This document shows, in pieces, positions 10,432 to 19,569 of a stretch of 64,000 nucleotides of DNA (its first letter is position 1; the number at the start of each line of letters is the position of its first letter). A model generated the notes under the pieces. The model made no database searches, was not told the origin of the DNA, and saw only the letters and a program-made list of their open reading frames with translations. Source of the stretch: Bacillota bacterium. Its GTDB lineage: Bacteria; Bacillota; Clostridia; Peptostreptococcales; Anaerovoracaceae. Both the position numbers and the translations under genes were made by a program. Location: positions 12,515-76,514 of the forward strand of contig JALERA010000045.1 in NCBI GenBank assembly GCA_022764365.1, read 5' to 3'.

Positions 10432-10746
10432 TTATGTAAGCTTATCGACCTGCATTTCGATGGTCAGAAGCACACCGGAATCGGTTTTCGCCTTGATGTC
10501 CATAATGCTGTCTTTATCCAGTATCCACTCGCCCAAATCAATCGGGTTTGTGATTTCAATGTGACGAATCGGGTCGTCCTTTCGCTCAAGGATAATATTA
10601 AGCAGACCGATGAGCGCCGCGCGCGATTCTTCGGTGTCGCTTCCGTAGATGCGGTGAAAGACATAGTCATTATAAAGCGGCATGCGCGTGCGGTCATTCA
10701 GACGCGTTTTGCGGCTCGCCGCCGCGAAGCTAGCAAAAACACCCAA
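10432..10746 (-). pseudogene. Truncated PDDEXK_2/Rpn-type nuclease gene (N-terminal third only)
   Basis: The translation MPLYNDYVFHRIYGSDTEESRAALIGLLNIIL...ITNP...MDIKAKTDSGVLLTIEMQ then stops. Full-length family members are about 300 aa, and the downstream frames show no continuation. Confidence 0.6.
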
Positions 10747-10763
10747 ACCGCCATATATGACCT

Positions 10764-10823
10764 CTGTTTCGTGTAGGGACTACATGTTTCACGGGAATTT
10801 TCATTGTTTCACGGAGATTTCCG
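10764..10823. repeat. Three direct repeats at exact 20-bp spacing (TGTTTCGTGTA / TGTTTCACGGG / TGTTTCACGGA)
   Basis: The repeats start at 10765, 10785 and 10805, immediately upstream of the truncated nuclease gene. The reverse complement of the first unit recurs at 10969 and 49005. Confidence 0.8.
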
Positions 10824-11027
10824 GTCAGGAGGGAGAGGGGGACGATGGGGTACCAAAAAAGAGTACAAATTATACCATTGAAATTTCAACGGTTTGACGG
10901 ATTGTTTTTTTTGAGGAATGTCCGTCCGGACAAAAGATAAGCATATCCCGGTGCATATGGGCGGTCGATACACGAAACACCCCCTAAAAAAACCACTTTG
11001 GATGTTTTTGCTAATCCCGGCCGCCCT

Positions 11028-11062
11028 ACAAAAAAAGAAAGCGCAAGCCGCAGCTTGCGCTC
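11028..11062 (-). terminator. Intrinsic terminator of the rubrerythrin gene
   Basis: On the minus strand, agcgcaagc-tgc-ggcttgcgct is followed by ttcttttttt. Confidence 0.8.
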
Positions 11063-11078
11063 ATCCTTATACGTATGT

Positions 11079-11663
11079 CTAGCCGAAGTATCTGTCCAGC
11101 AGACCCTTGAGTGCCTTGCCGTGTCTAGCTTCGTCGCGTGCCATCTCGTGAACGGTGTCGTGGATGGCGTCGAGGTTGTTCATCTTTGCAACTTTTGCGA
11201 GGTCGAATTTGCCTGCAGTTGCGCCGAATTCACAGTCAACTCTCCAAGCGAGGTTGTCCTTTGTAGTCGCTTTCATGTTCGGCTCTAAATCTTCGCCTAA
11301 TAATTCCGCAAACTTCGCAGCGTGTTCCGCTTCTTCGTAAGCTGCTTTTTCCCAGTAGAGGCCGATTTCAGGATAGCCTTCTCTGTGAGCGATGCGAGCC
11401 ATACAAAGGTACATGCCGACTTCGGAGCATTCGCCCTGGAAGTTAGCCATAAGCTGCTCGAAGATGTATTTCTTGTCTTCTTCCTTGATGTCAGGATTAT
11501 TCTTAACTGTCTTTGCGTAAACACCGTATTCGTGCTCAGCAGCAAGAGTCATTTCGCCTTCAACTTTTTTAAACTTGTCTGCGCCAACATGGCAAACCGG
11601 ACACTCTGCAGGCGGCTGGTCGCCTTCGTGAACATATCCGCAGACTGAACAAACCCATTTCAT
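11079..11663 (-). CDS. rbr: Reverse rubrerythrin (N-terminal rubredoxin-like domain plus ferritin-like diiron domain)
   Basis: MKWVCSVCGYVHEGDQPPAECPVCH supplies the CxxC...CxxC pairs at the N-terminus. The ExxH diiron motifs follow (EEAEHAAKF, EARHGKAL). Confidence 0.9.
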   Translation of the reverse strand: MKWVCSVCGYVHEGDQPPAECPVCHVGADKFKKVEGEMTLAAEHEYGVYAKTVKNNPDIKEEDKKYIFEQLMANFQGECSEVGMYLCMARIAHREGYPEIGLYWEKAAYEEAEHAAKFAELLGEDLEPNMKATTKDNLAWRVDCEFGATAGKFDLAKVAKMNNLDAIHDTVHEMARDEARHGKALKGLLDRYFG

Positions 11664-11992
11664 ATTCTGTTACCTCCTTGTAATTCTCGTGCATACGCAC
11701 GACGATAGATTCTTTCATACTTCGATATTATCACAAAACGTGGCAGGATGCAATTGTCTAAAACCAAAAAAATCCACAAAATCAGACAATCCGTCATGCC
11801 GGCACAGCCGTCGTGTCCGGCGGGCGGAAGATATCACCATTTTAACAAAAAATTATCTGGCAGGGCACACAGAATACAGATATAATAAAATGGGGTAACG
11901 CATCACGCGGCGTGATCGTACGAAACGCGACCGACATCACGCACAGGGGCCGCACCCCGTTTACAATGTTTCAATCGAAAGGAGGACTCCGT

Positions 11993-13525
11993 TTGCACAA
12001 TCATAATTTGCTGCAGGATAAATTCAGGGAAGCCCTCACATCCGTGCTTCCGATAACCTTTATAGTGATGGTGCTTTGTTTCACCGTTTCACCGATTCCG
12101 AACAATATGCTTGTATCGTTCCTCACGGGAGCGGCGATGCTGATAATCGGCATGGCTCTTTTTACGCTCGGAGCGGATACTGCGATGACGCCGATCGGAA
12201 ACAAGGTGGGAAGCTGCATCACAAAGTCGAAGAAGCTTTGGCTCATCGTATATGTGAGCTTTTTGCTCGGAGTAATCATAACCATTTCAGAGCCTGACCT
12301 TCAGGTTCTTGCAAACCAGGTGCCCACGGTGCCGAACCTTGTGCTGATTGGCACGGTTGCGCTTGGCGTGGGGGTATTTCTGGTAATAGCGATGCTGAGA
12401 ATCCTTTTCGGAATCAGCCTGAATACGCTGCTCATCGTGTTTTATGCAATCGTGTTCGGACTTGCGATGCTTGTACCGAAGAATTTCTGGGCGGTTGCGT
12501 TTGACTCGGGCGGAGTTACCACCGGACCGATGACGGTTCCGTTCATTATGGCTCTTGGTGTGGGTGTTTCGTCCATACGAAGCGACAGACATGCGGGCGA
12601 TGACAGCTTCGGTTTGGTTGCGCTTTGTTCAATCGGACCGATTCTTGCGGTGCTTATACTTGGACTGCTCTATCCGACGGAAGGTGCATATGTGCCTGTT
12701 ACGATTCCGGAGATGGAAGATTCGCAGGATATGATTCTGCTGTTCATCCGGGCACTCCCGCAGTATATAGAAGAAGTGGCGATTGCGCTTGCGCCGATTA
12801 TCGTCTTTTTCTTCCTTTTTAATGCAATTTACATTAAACTGTCCAAAAGGCAGCTTATAAGCATAAGCATAGGACTCGTATTTACCTATGTCGGCCTGGT
12901 GCTTTTCCTGACCGGAGTAAATGTGGGATTCATGCCGGTCGGTAATTATATCGGCAATCGGATAGGAGAGCTCACATATAATTGGATTCTGCTTCCGATC
13001 GCAATGCTTATCGGATATTACATCGTAAAAGCGGAGCCGGCGGTTCATGTGCTCAACAAGCAGGTTGAAGAACTGACGGCAGGAAGTATTCCGGCAAGAG
13101 CCATGGAATTGTCTCTTTCCATAGGTGTTGCCGTTTCGCTTGCATTGGCAATGATTCGCGTCCTTACGGGAATTTCCGTCATGTATTTCCTCGTTCCGGG
13201 GTATGTGCTTGCAATCGCACTCAGCTTTGCGGCGCCGAAGATCTTCACATCCATCGCCTTTGACTCGGGAGGAGTTGCCTCCGGACCGATGACGGCGACC
13301 TTCCTGCTTCCGTTTACAATGGGGGCCTGCGAGGCAATCGGCGGTGCGGACAGGATTGTAAGCGACGCGTTCGGAGTTGTGGCAATGGTTGCCATGACAC
13401 CGCTCATAACGATTCAGCTTCTCGGCGTGGAATACAAGATTCGCAAGAAGAGAGAAGAAAAAGCACGCTCGCTCATTCAGGATTACATCCGGGATTACGC
13501 GGACGACGATATTATAGAACTATAG
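11993..13525 (+). CDS. DUF1538-family integral membrane protein (internally duplicated putative permease)
   Basis: The motif is repeated as AFDSGGVTTGPMTVPFIMALG and AFDSGGVASGPMTATFLLPF. TTG 11993 follows the RBS AAAGGAGG; the ORF track starts at 11912. Confidence 0.8.
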   Translation: MHNHNLLQDKFREALTSVLPITFIVMVLCFTVSPIPNNMLVSFLTGAAMLIIGMALFTLGADTAMTPIGNKVGSCITKSKKLWLIVYVSFLLGVIITISEPDLQVLANQVPTVPNLVLIGTVALGVGVFLVIAMLRILFGISLNTLLIVFYAIVFGLAMLVPKNFWAVAFDSGGVTTGPMTVPFIMALGVGVSSIRSDRHAGDDSFGLVALCSIGPILAVLILGLLYPTEGAYVPVTIPEMEDSQDMILLFIRALPQYIEEVAIALAPIIVFFFLFNAIYIKLSKRQLISISIGLVFTYVGLVLFLTGVNVGFMPVGNYIGNRIGELTYNWILLPIAMLIGYYIVKAEPAVHVLNKQVEELTAGSIPARAMELSLSIGVAVSLALAMIRVLTGISVMYFLVPGYVLAIALSFAAPKIFTSIAFDSGGVASGPMTATFLLPFTMGACEAIGGADRIVSDAFGVVAMVAMTPLITIQLLGVEYKIRKKREEKARSLIQDYIRDYADDDIIEL

Positions 13526-13535
13526 GAGGATTGCC

Positions 13536-14237
13536 ATGGACGGATTAAATATGGTTATTACCGTTACTGACAGAGAGAGAACCGAAACGGCAATCAATCT
13601 GTTTCAAGAAAACAATGTTTTTACGACGGATATCGTGCTCGGGCAGGGGACGGCATCCAGGGAAATGCTGGATTACCTTTACCTCAACCCATCGGAAAAA
13701 GCAATCGTTTTCGGCGTGGTTACAGGGGCGGGGCTTTTGCCTCTGCTCAAGGCCTTCAAACGCAAAATGTTTATCGATGTTCCGGGAAAAGGCATCGTTG
13801 CGGTGGTACCGCTGAACACGATAGGAGGCAGAAGAAGTCTGGAATATATGCTGGACGGCCAGGCTGTAGACACAACTCAGAAAAGCCAGGAAGAGGCGGA
13901 AAGGATGGAAAGAATGTCCGTTAAAACAGATCACGAACTGATTTTTGTAATCGCAAACGAAGGATACAGCGATTTGATAATGGAAGCCGCACGCGGAGCG
14001 GGGGCTGCAGGCGGCACGGTAATCAAGGCGAAAGGAACGGGAGCGGAGTATACCGAGAAGTTCTTCGGATTTTCGATCGCTTCCGAGAAAGAAATTCATC
14101 TGCTTGTCACGCCGGCACAGGGAAGAAACAATATAATGAAAGCGATAATGGAAAAAGCGGGCCTTGAAAGCAAGGCGCAGTCAATCGTTTTTTCGCTTCC
14201 CGTAAGCCACGCACTCGGATTGAGACAGCCGGAATGA
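13536..14237 (+). CDS. Tandem P-II-like (GlnB-fold) domain protein, partner of the DUF1538 gene
   Basis: There are two halves of about 100 aa each. The second half (ELIFVIANEGYSDLIMEAARGAGAAGGTVIKAKGTG) resembles the P-II beta-alpha-beta core. The start lies 11 bp after the DUF1538 stop and has the RBS AGGAGG. Confidence 0.55.
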   Translation: MDGLNMVITVTDRERTETAINLFQENNVFTTDIVLGQGTASREMLDYLYLNPSEKAIVFGVVTGAGLLPLLKAFKRKMFIDVPGKGIVAVVPLNTIGGRRSLEYMLDGQAVDTTQKSQEEAERMERMSVKTDHELIFVIANEGYSDLIMEAARGAGAAGGTVIKAKGTGAEYTEKFFGFSIASEKEIHLLVTPAQGRNNIMKAIMEKAGLESKAQSIVFSLPVSHALGLRQPE

Positions 14238-14336
14238 AAAGCGGGATAAAAATGTTTTTAAATGAAAACAATTATTGCGAAAAAACATTTTTTGAAAAAA
14301 TATTTTGTTGTTTTAACACAATAAATCGAAAAAAGC

Positions 14337-14365
14337 TTGCATTTTGTGCCAAGAAGGTATATAAT
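14337..14365 (+). promoter_or_regulatory. Sigma-A-type promoter of liv operon 1
   Basis: TTGCAT, a 17-nt spacer, then TATAAT. Confidence 0.5.
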
Positions 14366-14407
14366 CGTCCTATATTTGTAACCGATTAAATTAGGAGGAC
14401 AATTAGA

Positions 14408-15586
14408 ATGAAAAAGAAAGTTGCTTTATTATTAGCACTCGTAATGATTTTCACTCTGTTTGCAGTTGGCTGCGGAAGCAATGATGACGCAGAATATGCA
14501 GGCACAGTTAAAATCGGTGTGTTTGAACCGGCATCCGGAGACAACGGTGCAGGCGGCAAGCAGGAAACACTGGGAATCCAGTACGCAAACAAAGTACAGC
14601 CTACCGTTGACATCAACGGAGAAACTTACAAGGTTGAACTTGTAACAGCTGACAACGAATCCGATACAAACAAGGGTATCTCCGCTGCTCAGACCCTCGT
14701 ATCCTCCGGCGTATCCATGGTACTCGGAACTTACGGTTCTGCAGTTGCAATCGCAGCAGGCAAGGTATTCAAAGAAGCAGGCATGCCTGCACTCGGAATC
14801 ACTTGTACGAACCCTCAGGTAACAGAAGGCAATCCGGTTTACTTCCGTATCTGCTTCCTTGATCCTTTCCAGGGCACAGTACTTGCAAACTTCGCATATG
14901 AAAACGGACAGAGAAAAGCTTACTGCTTATCCAAGCTCGGTGACGACTACTCCGTAGGTCTTGTAAACTACTTCGTTAAGGCTTTCAAGGCTCTCGGCGG
15001 TGAAGTTGTGGAAGAACAGTTCCCACAGGGCAACTCTGACTTCACATCCTATGTAGCAAACGCTAAGGCTAAGGGATGCGACGTATTCTACTCACCGGTA
15101 TCCATCGAAGCTGCTGCTCTTATCATCGACCAGGCAGAAGCACAGAAACTCGGAATGCCAATCCTTGCAGGCGACACTTGGGACTCCAACGTAGTTCTCG
15201 AAGCTGCTAAGGGCAAGAACATCGAACTCAATGTTACTACTTTCTATCAGGAAGGCGGAAACCCTGACTTCGATAACGGCATCAAAGAATGGATCAACTC
15301 CGATTCCACAGCTAAGGCTAACAACAACGGCAATGACCAGATCGCTGCTGTATCCGCAATGGGTTATGATGCTTACTTCGTTGCTCTTGAAGCAATCAAG
15401 AAAGCAAACTCTGCAGAACCTGCAGACATCCTTGCAGTTCTTCCTGACCTCGTATACGAAGGCGGAGTATGCGGTACTGTTAAGTTCAACGAAACAGGCG
15501 ATGCTGAAAAGACAGAAGCTGTTGTTAAGCACTGCAACACCGAAACCGGTGAATGGGAATTCGTTAAGACACAGACGATCGAATAA
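14408..15586 (+). CDS. livJ: ABC transporter substrate-binding lipoprotein, branched-chain amino-acid (LivJ/K) family
   Basis: It has a lipobox (LFAVGCGSND) and type-I periplasmic-binding fold motifs (KIGVFEPASG...LGTYGS). The first gene of the liv-like operon. Confidence 0.9.
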   Translation: MKKKVALLLALVMIFTLFAVGCGSNDDAEYAGTVKIGVFEPASGDNGAGGKQETLGIQYANKVQPTVDINGETYKVELVTADNESDTNKGISAAQTLVSSGVSMVLGTYGSAVAIAAGKVFKEAGMPALGITCTNPQVTEGNPVYFRICFLDPFQGTVLANFAYENGQRKAYCLSKLGDDYSVGLVNYFVKAFKALGGEVVEEQFPQGNSDFTSYVANAKAKGCDVFYSPVSIEAAALIIDQAEAQKLGMPILAGDTWDSNVVLEAAKGKNIELNVTTFYQEGGNPDFDNGIKEWINSDSTAKANNNGNDQIAAVSAMGYDAYFVALEAIKKANSAEPADILAVLPDLVYEGGVCGTVKFNETGDAEKTEAVVKHCNTETGEWEFVKTQTIE

Positions 15587-15789
15587 TAACAATATAGTAT
15601 GACTTGCTTTTTGAAATCAGATACATATTATATATGACTTCAGGCATACAGCGGGAGGGATGATTCCTCCCGCTTATCGTCGTATTATGGGGGAACTCTT
15701 TTTTGCATGATTTTTTGATGAATCATGAAGGAGAGGACGATTTTGAGCGAAAGCGTCCTGTCTTTTATGATTATTTTGGAGGTTAAAAT

Positions 15790-16674
15790 ATGGAATTAAT
15801 TACGAAATGGCTGCCATATGTCCTGGCGGGAATTTCCGTAGGCGGTCAGTATGCCCTCATCGCAATCGGGTATACTATGGTTTACGGCATTCTCAGGCTG
15901 ATTAACTTCGCACACGGGGATATGTTTATGATGGCCGGACTGGTTATGATTTATTTGGTAACGGTGCTTCCTGTGTGGGTAAGCATAATTATCGTTATCG
16001 CGTTTACGGTTGTGCTCGGCTGCACGATTGAGAGAGTCGCTTACAGGCCTCTGCGCTCGGCACCGAGAATGTCAATCATGATTTCTGCAATCGGCGTGTC
16101 CTATTTCCTGCAGAACATTGCACTGTATGTGACAGGCGGGCTGACGAAGACTTATCCGTCCATACCGTTCCTTCAGCAGACCGTAACGGTTCTCGGAGCG
16201 CATACGAAGATGGTAACGGTTATTACACCGTTCCTGACCATCGGACTTGTGGTTCTGCTTGTTCTGCTCATCAACCATACGAAAATCGGCATGGCAATGC
16301 GTGCGGTTTCGCGTGATTTTGAAACATCCGAACTTATGGGTATTGACATTAACAGGGTTATAGCCGTAACATTCGTTATCGGTTCATTCCTTGCTGCAGT
16401 AGGTTCGATTCTGTTCTTCTCCAACTACACGGGCGTTAACCCGATGTCAGGCGCAATGCCGGGACTGAAGGCTTTCGTTGCAGCGGTATTCGGGGGAATC
16501 GGTTCCGTTCCGGGCGCGGTTGTCGGTGCATTTGTCATCGGACTTTGCGAAAACCTTATCAAAGGTGCGGGCTGGACAACATTCTCGGATGCGTTTACAT
16601 TCGTTCTTCTCATCATTATTCTCATGGTTAAGCCTACGGGAATCTTTGGCGAGAAAGATATCAACAAGGTATAA
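15790..16674 (+). CDS. livH: Branched-chain amino-acid ABC permease LivH
   Basis: The motifs GYTMVYGILRLINFAHGD and AFVAAVFGGIGSVPGA are present. Confidence 0.9.
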   Translation: MELITKWLPYVLAGISVGGQYALIAIGYTMVYGILRLINFAHGDMFMMAGLVMIYLVTVLPVWVSIIIVIAFTVVLGCTIERVAYRPLRSAPRMSIMISAIGVSYFLQNIALYVTGGLTKTYPSIPFLQQTVTVLGAHTKMVTVITPFLTIGLVVLLVLLINHTKIGMAMRAVSRDFETSELMGIDINRVIAVTFVIGSFLAAVGSILFFSNYTGVNPMSGAMPGLKAFVAAVFGGIGSVPGAVVGAFVIGLCENLIKGAGWTTFSDAFTFVLLIIILMVKPTGIFGEKDINKV

Positions 16675-16686
16675 GGAGGGGCAGAG

Positions 16687-18015
16687 ATGGAAAAGACATT
16701 ATCAAAAAAACAAAAAACCGTCTACAGTGCTGCTGCCATTTTGGTGTTCCTTGTTCTTGTGTACTTAGGCGACACACTGATTCCGATGACATCGCAGTGG
16801 AATATGCTTATGACGGTAATCAAAAAAGGTGCGATTTTTGCACTGGTTGCGGTATCAATGAACTTACTGAACGGCTTTACGGGACTTTTCTCCCTCGGAC
16901 AGGCAGGCTTCATGCTTATCGGAGCTTATGCTTATGCGATTTTCTCGATTCCTGCGGCTCAGCATGATGCGGTTTATCAATATTTCAACGGCGGACTTTT
17001 TAAATTCTCGGTTCCGGAAATTCTCATGAATGCGCTCGGCGGAGAAGGAAGCTTCGGCGGTTTCCTCGGCGAATATGCGGGTATCTTTATTCTGATTATC
17101 TTTGCAGGACTTTTGACCGGCGGAATCGCTTACTTGATCGGTATTCCGGTACTCAGACTCAAGTCCGACTACCTTGCGATTGCAACGCTTGGATTTGCTG
17201 AAATCCTGAGAGCCGTATTCCAGTGGAACGCCATCGGACCGGTTACAAACGGCTCGAACATTTTGAGAGAGTTCACAACTTACGAAACGGCATTGTTCCC
17301 GATTATTTTCTCGGGTATTTGCATAGCATTAATCGTATTACTGATTAATTCCACATACGGCAGAGCTTTCAAGGCGATTCGCGATGACGAAATCGCTGCA
17401 GAGGCGATGGGCGTAAACCTGTTTAAACATAAAGAACTTGCATTTGTTATTTCATCCTTCTTTGCGGGTGTCGGCGGAGCACTTCTGGCAATGTTCCAGA
17501 ATTCCGCAACCGCTTCGACATTTACAACGAATATGACTTACGAAATTCTGCTTATTGTAGTTATCGGAGGTATCGGATCCATCACCGGTTCTGTTATCGG
17601 TGCCTTCATATTTATCGGACTCAACGAATGGCTGCTTAGAGGTCTCGACCAGGGGCAGTGGCTGGGAATCCAGTCTACACTCATGCGCGCAGGCTTCCGT
17701 AAGGTTGTATTTGCAATTCTGATTATGCTCGTTGTACTTTTCTTTGCGAAGGGCATCATGGGCAACAAGGAATTCTCATGGGACGGAATCATTCGCTGGT
17801 TTAAGACGCTTCCGCAGAGAACCAAGGCATGGCCTGCAAAGAAAAAAGCACAGCTTGCCGAACGCAAGGAGCAGAAGGAAGCTAAGAAAGAAGCAAAAGC
17901 TAAGGCAGCAGAGAGAAAGGCAAAGGGTGCAGAAGCACTTGCAGCCGGAGAGAAGCTGTTTACACCGCTTCCGGTTTACGACCATGTCGTAGTATTTGAA
18001 AAGGAGGTGCAGTAA
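16687..18015 (+). CDS. livM: Branched-chain amino-acid ABC permease LivM with a Lys/Glu/Ala-rich C-terminal tail
   Basis: The motifs GFTGLFSLGQAGFMLIGAY and LRLKSDYLAIATLGFAEI are present. The tail is AKKKAQLAERKEQKEAKKEAKAKAAERKAKG. Confidence 0.9.
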   Translation: MEKTLSKKQKTVYSAAAILVFLVLVYLGDTLIPMTSQWNMLMTVIKKGAIFALVAVSMNLLNGFTGLFSLGQAGFMLIGAYAYAIFSIPAAQHDAVYQYFNGGLFKFSVPEILMNALGGEGSFGGFLGEYAGIFILIIFAGLLTGGIAYLIGIPVLRLKSDYLAIATLGFAEILRAVFQWNAIGPVTNGSNILREFTTYETALFPIIFSGICIALIVLLINSTYGRAFKAIRDDEIAAEAMGVNLFKHKELAFVISSFFAGVGGALLAMFQNSATASTFTTNMTYEILLIVVIGGIGSITGSVIGAFIFIGLNEWLLRGLDQGQWLGIQSTLMRAGFRKVVFAILIMLVVLFFAKGIMGNKEFSWDGIIRWFKTLPQRTKAWPAKKKAQLAERKEQKEAKKEAKAKAAERKAKGAEALAAGEKLFTPLPVYDHVVVFEKEVQ

Positions 18016-18016
18016 T

Positions 18017-18862
18017 ATGACAAATGAAGTAGTATTAAAGCTCTCCGATATTACGATGCAGTTCGGCGGAGTTGTGGCAGTAGACAACCTCAATCTTGAG
18101 GTCCACAAGAACGAAATCGTCGGACTTATCGGACCGAACGGTGCCGGAAAGACAACGGCATTTAATGTTGTAACCGGAGTTTACGAGCCGACAAACGGTG
18201 CAGTCCACATTAACGGATTGGTTGAAATAGAAAATTACCCGAAAGGCAAGATGGCGACAACTTATAAGGGTAAACACCAGGGCGATTATCAGCAGACGAT
18301 CAAGCTCACACCGGACAAGGTAACAAAACTCGGAGTTGCGCGTACATTCCAGAACATCAGACTGTTCAAGGAAATGACCGTGCTTGAAAATGTTCTGGTT
18401 GCTATGCACATGAACCAGAAGCAGAGCATCTTCGGAGCAACTTTCAAGTCGAAAACGGCAAGAGTCGAAGAAAAGAAGATGATTGAAGAGGCCGAAAAGC
18501 TCCTGAAAAAGGTGGACCTTTACGAAAACAAGGATGACCTTTCAACATCGCTTCCTTACGGCAAGCAGAGACATTTGGAAATTGCAAGAGCACTTGCAAC
18601 ACATCCGAAAATTCTTCTTCTTGATGAACCGGCGGCAGGCATGAACCCGCAGGAATCTGACGAACTGATGCATTTCATCGGCAGAATCCGTGACGAGTTC
18701 GACCTCAGCATTTTGATGATAGAACACCATATGCAGGTAATCATGGGTATTTGCGACCATATTTACGTACTGAACTACGGCGGTCAGATTGCGGACGGCA
18801 CGCCGGAGGAAATTCAGAACAACCCTGCGGTAATTGAAGCATATTTGGGGGTGGATGAATAA
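18017..18862 (+). CDS. livG: Branched-chain amino-acid ABC ATPase LivG
   Basis: It has Walker A GPNGAGKTT, the signature LPYGKQRHLEIARAL and Walker B LLLDEP. It carries an insertion of about 25 aa relative to the second livG in this window. Confidence 0.9.
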   Translation: MTNEVVLKLSDITMQFGGVVAVDNLNLEVHKNEIVGLIGPNGAGKTTAFNVVTGVYEPTNGAVHINGLVEIENYPKGKMATTYKGKHQGDYQQTIKLTPDKVTKLGVARTFQNIRLFKEMTVLENVLVAMHMNQKQSIFGATFKSKTARVEEKKMIEEAEKLLKKVDLYENKDDLSTSLPYGKQRHLEIARALATHPKILLLDEPAAGMNPQESDELMHFIGRIRDEFDLSILMIEHHMQVIMGICDHIYVLNYGGQIADGTPEEIQNNPAVIEAYLGVDE

Positions 18863-19566
18863 TGTTGGCAATCAGAGATTTACATGTATATTACGGCGGT
18901 ATTCACGCACTGAACGGCGTAAGCCTGGACGTTCCGGACGGACAGATTATTTCGCTGATCGGAGCAAACGGAGCCGGCAAGTCCACAACGCTTAAGGCAA
19001 TCATGGGGCTTGTAGCCAAGACGGAAGGTCATATTTACTGGGACGATACGGATATTACATCCATGAAAACAAAAGATATCGTTGGCGAAGGAATTATTCT
19101 TTGTCCGGAAGGACGTAAGATTTTCCCTGACCTTACGGTAGAAGAAAACCTTTCCGCAGGGGCTTACCTCAGAAAGGATAAGAGCGAGATTGCAAAGGAC
19201 AGAGAATGGGTATACAGCCTTTTCCCACGTCTGAAAGAAAGAACCTGGCAGCTCGGTGCGACGCTTTCAGGCGGCGAGCAGCAGATGCTTGCGGTAGGAC
19301 GCGCACTGATGAGCAAACCGAAACTTCTGATGCTGGACGAACCTTCGCTGGGTCTTGCTCCGTTGATAATCAAGGACATTTTCACAATTATCCGGCAAAT
19401 CAAAGATGCAGGCGTAAACGTACTGCTGATTGAGCAGAATGCGAATGCCGCACTTGAGATTTCGGATTACGCATATGTAATGGAGACGGGGAATATTACG
19501 ATGGCAGGACCGGGTAAGGCACTGCTTTCGGATGAGAGAGTAAAACATGCATATTTAGGGGAATAA
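18862..19566 (+). CDS. livF: Branched-chain amino-acid ABC ATPase LivF
   Basis: It has GANGAGKST, LSGGEQQMLAVGRAL and LMLDEPSLGLAP. Confidence 0.9.
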   Translation: MLAIRDLHVYYGGIHALNGVSLDVPDGQIISLIGANGAGKSTTLKAIMGLVAKTEGHIYWDDTDITSMKTKDIVGEGIILCPEGRKIFPDLTVEENLSAGAYLRKDKSEIAKDREWVYSLFPRLKERTWQLGATLSGGEQQMLAVGRALMSKPKLLMLDEPSLGLAPLIIKDIFTIIRQIKDAGVNVLLIEQNANAALEISDYAYVMETGNITMAGPGKALLSDERVKHAYLGE

Positions 19567-19569
19567 GAT

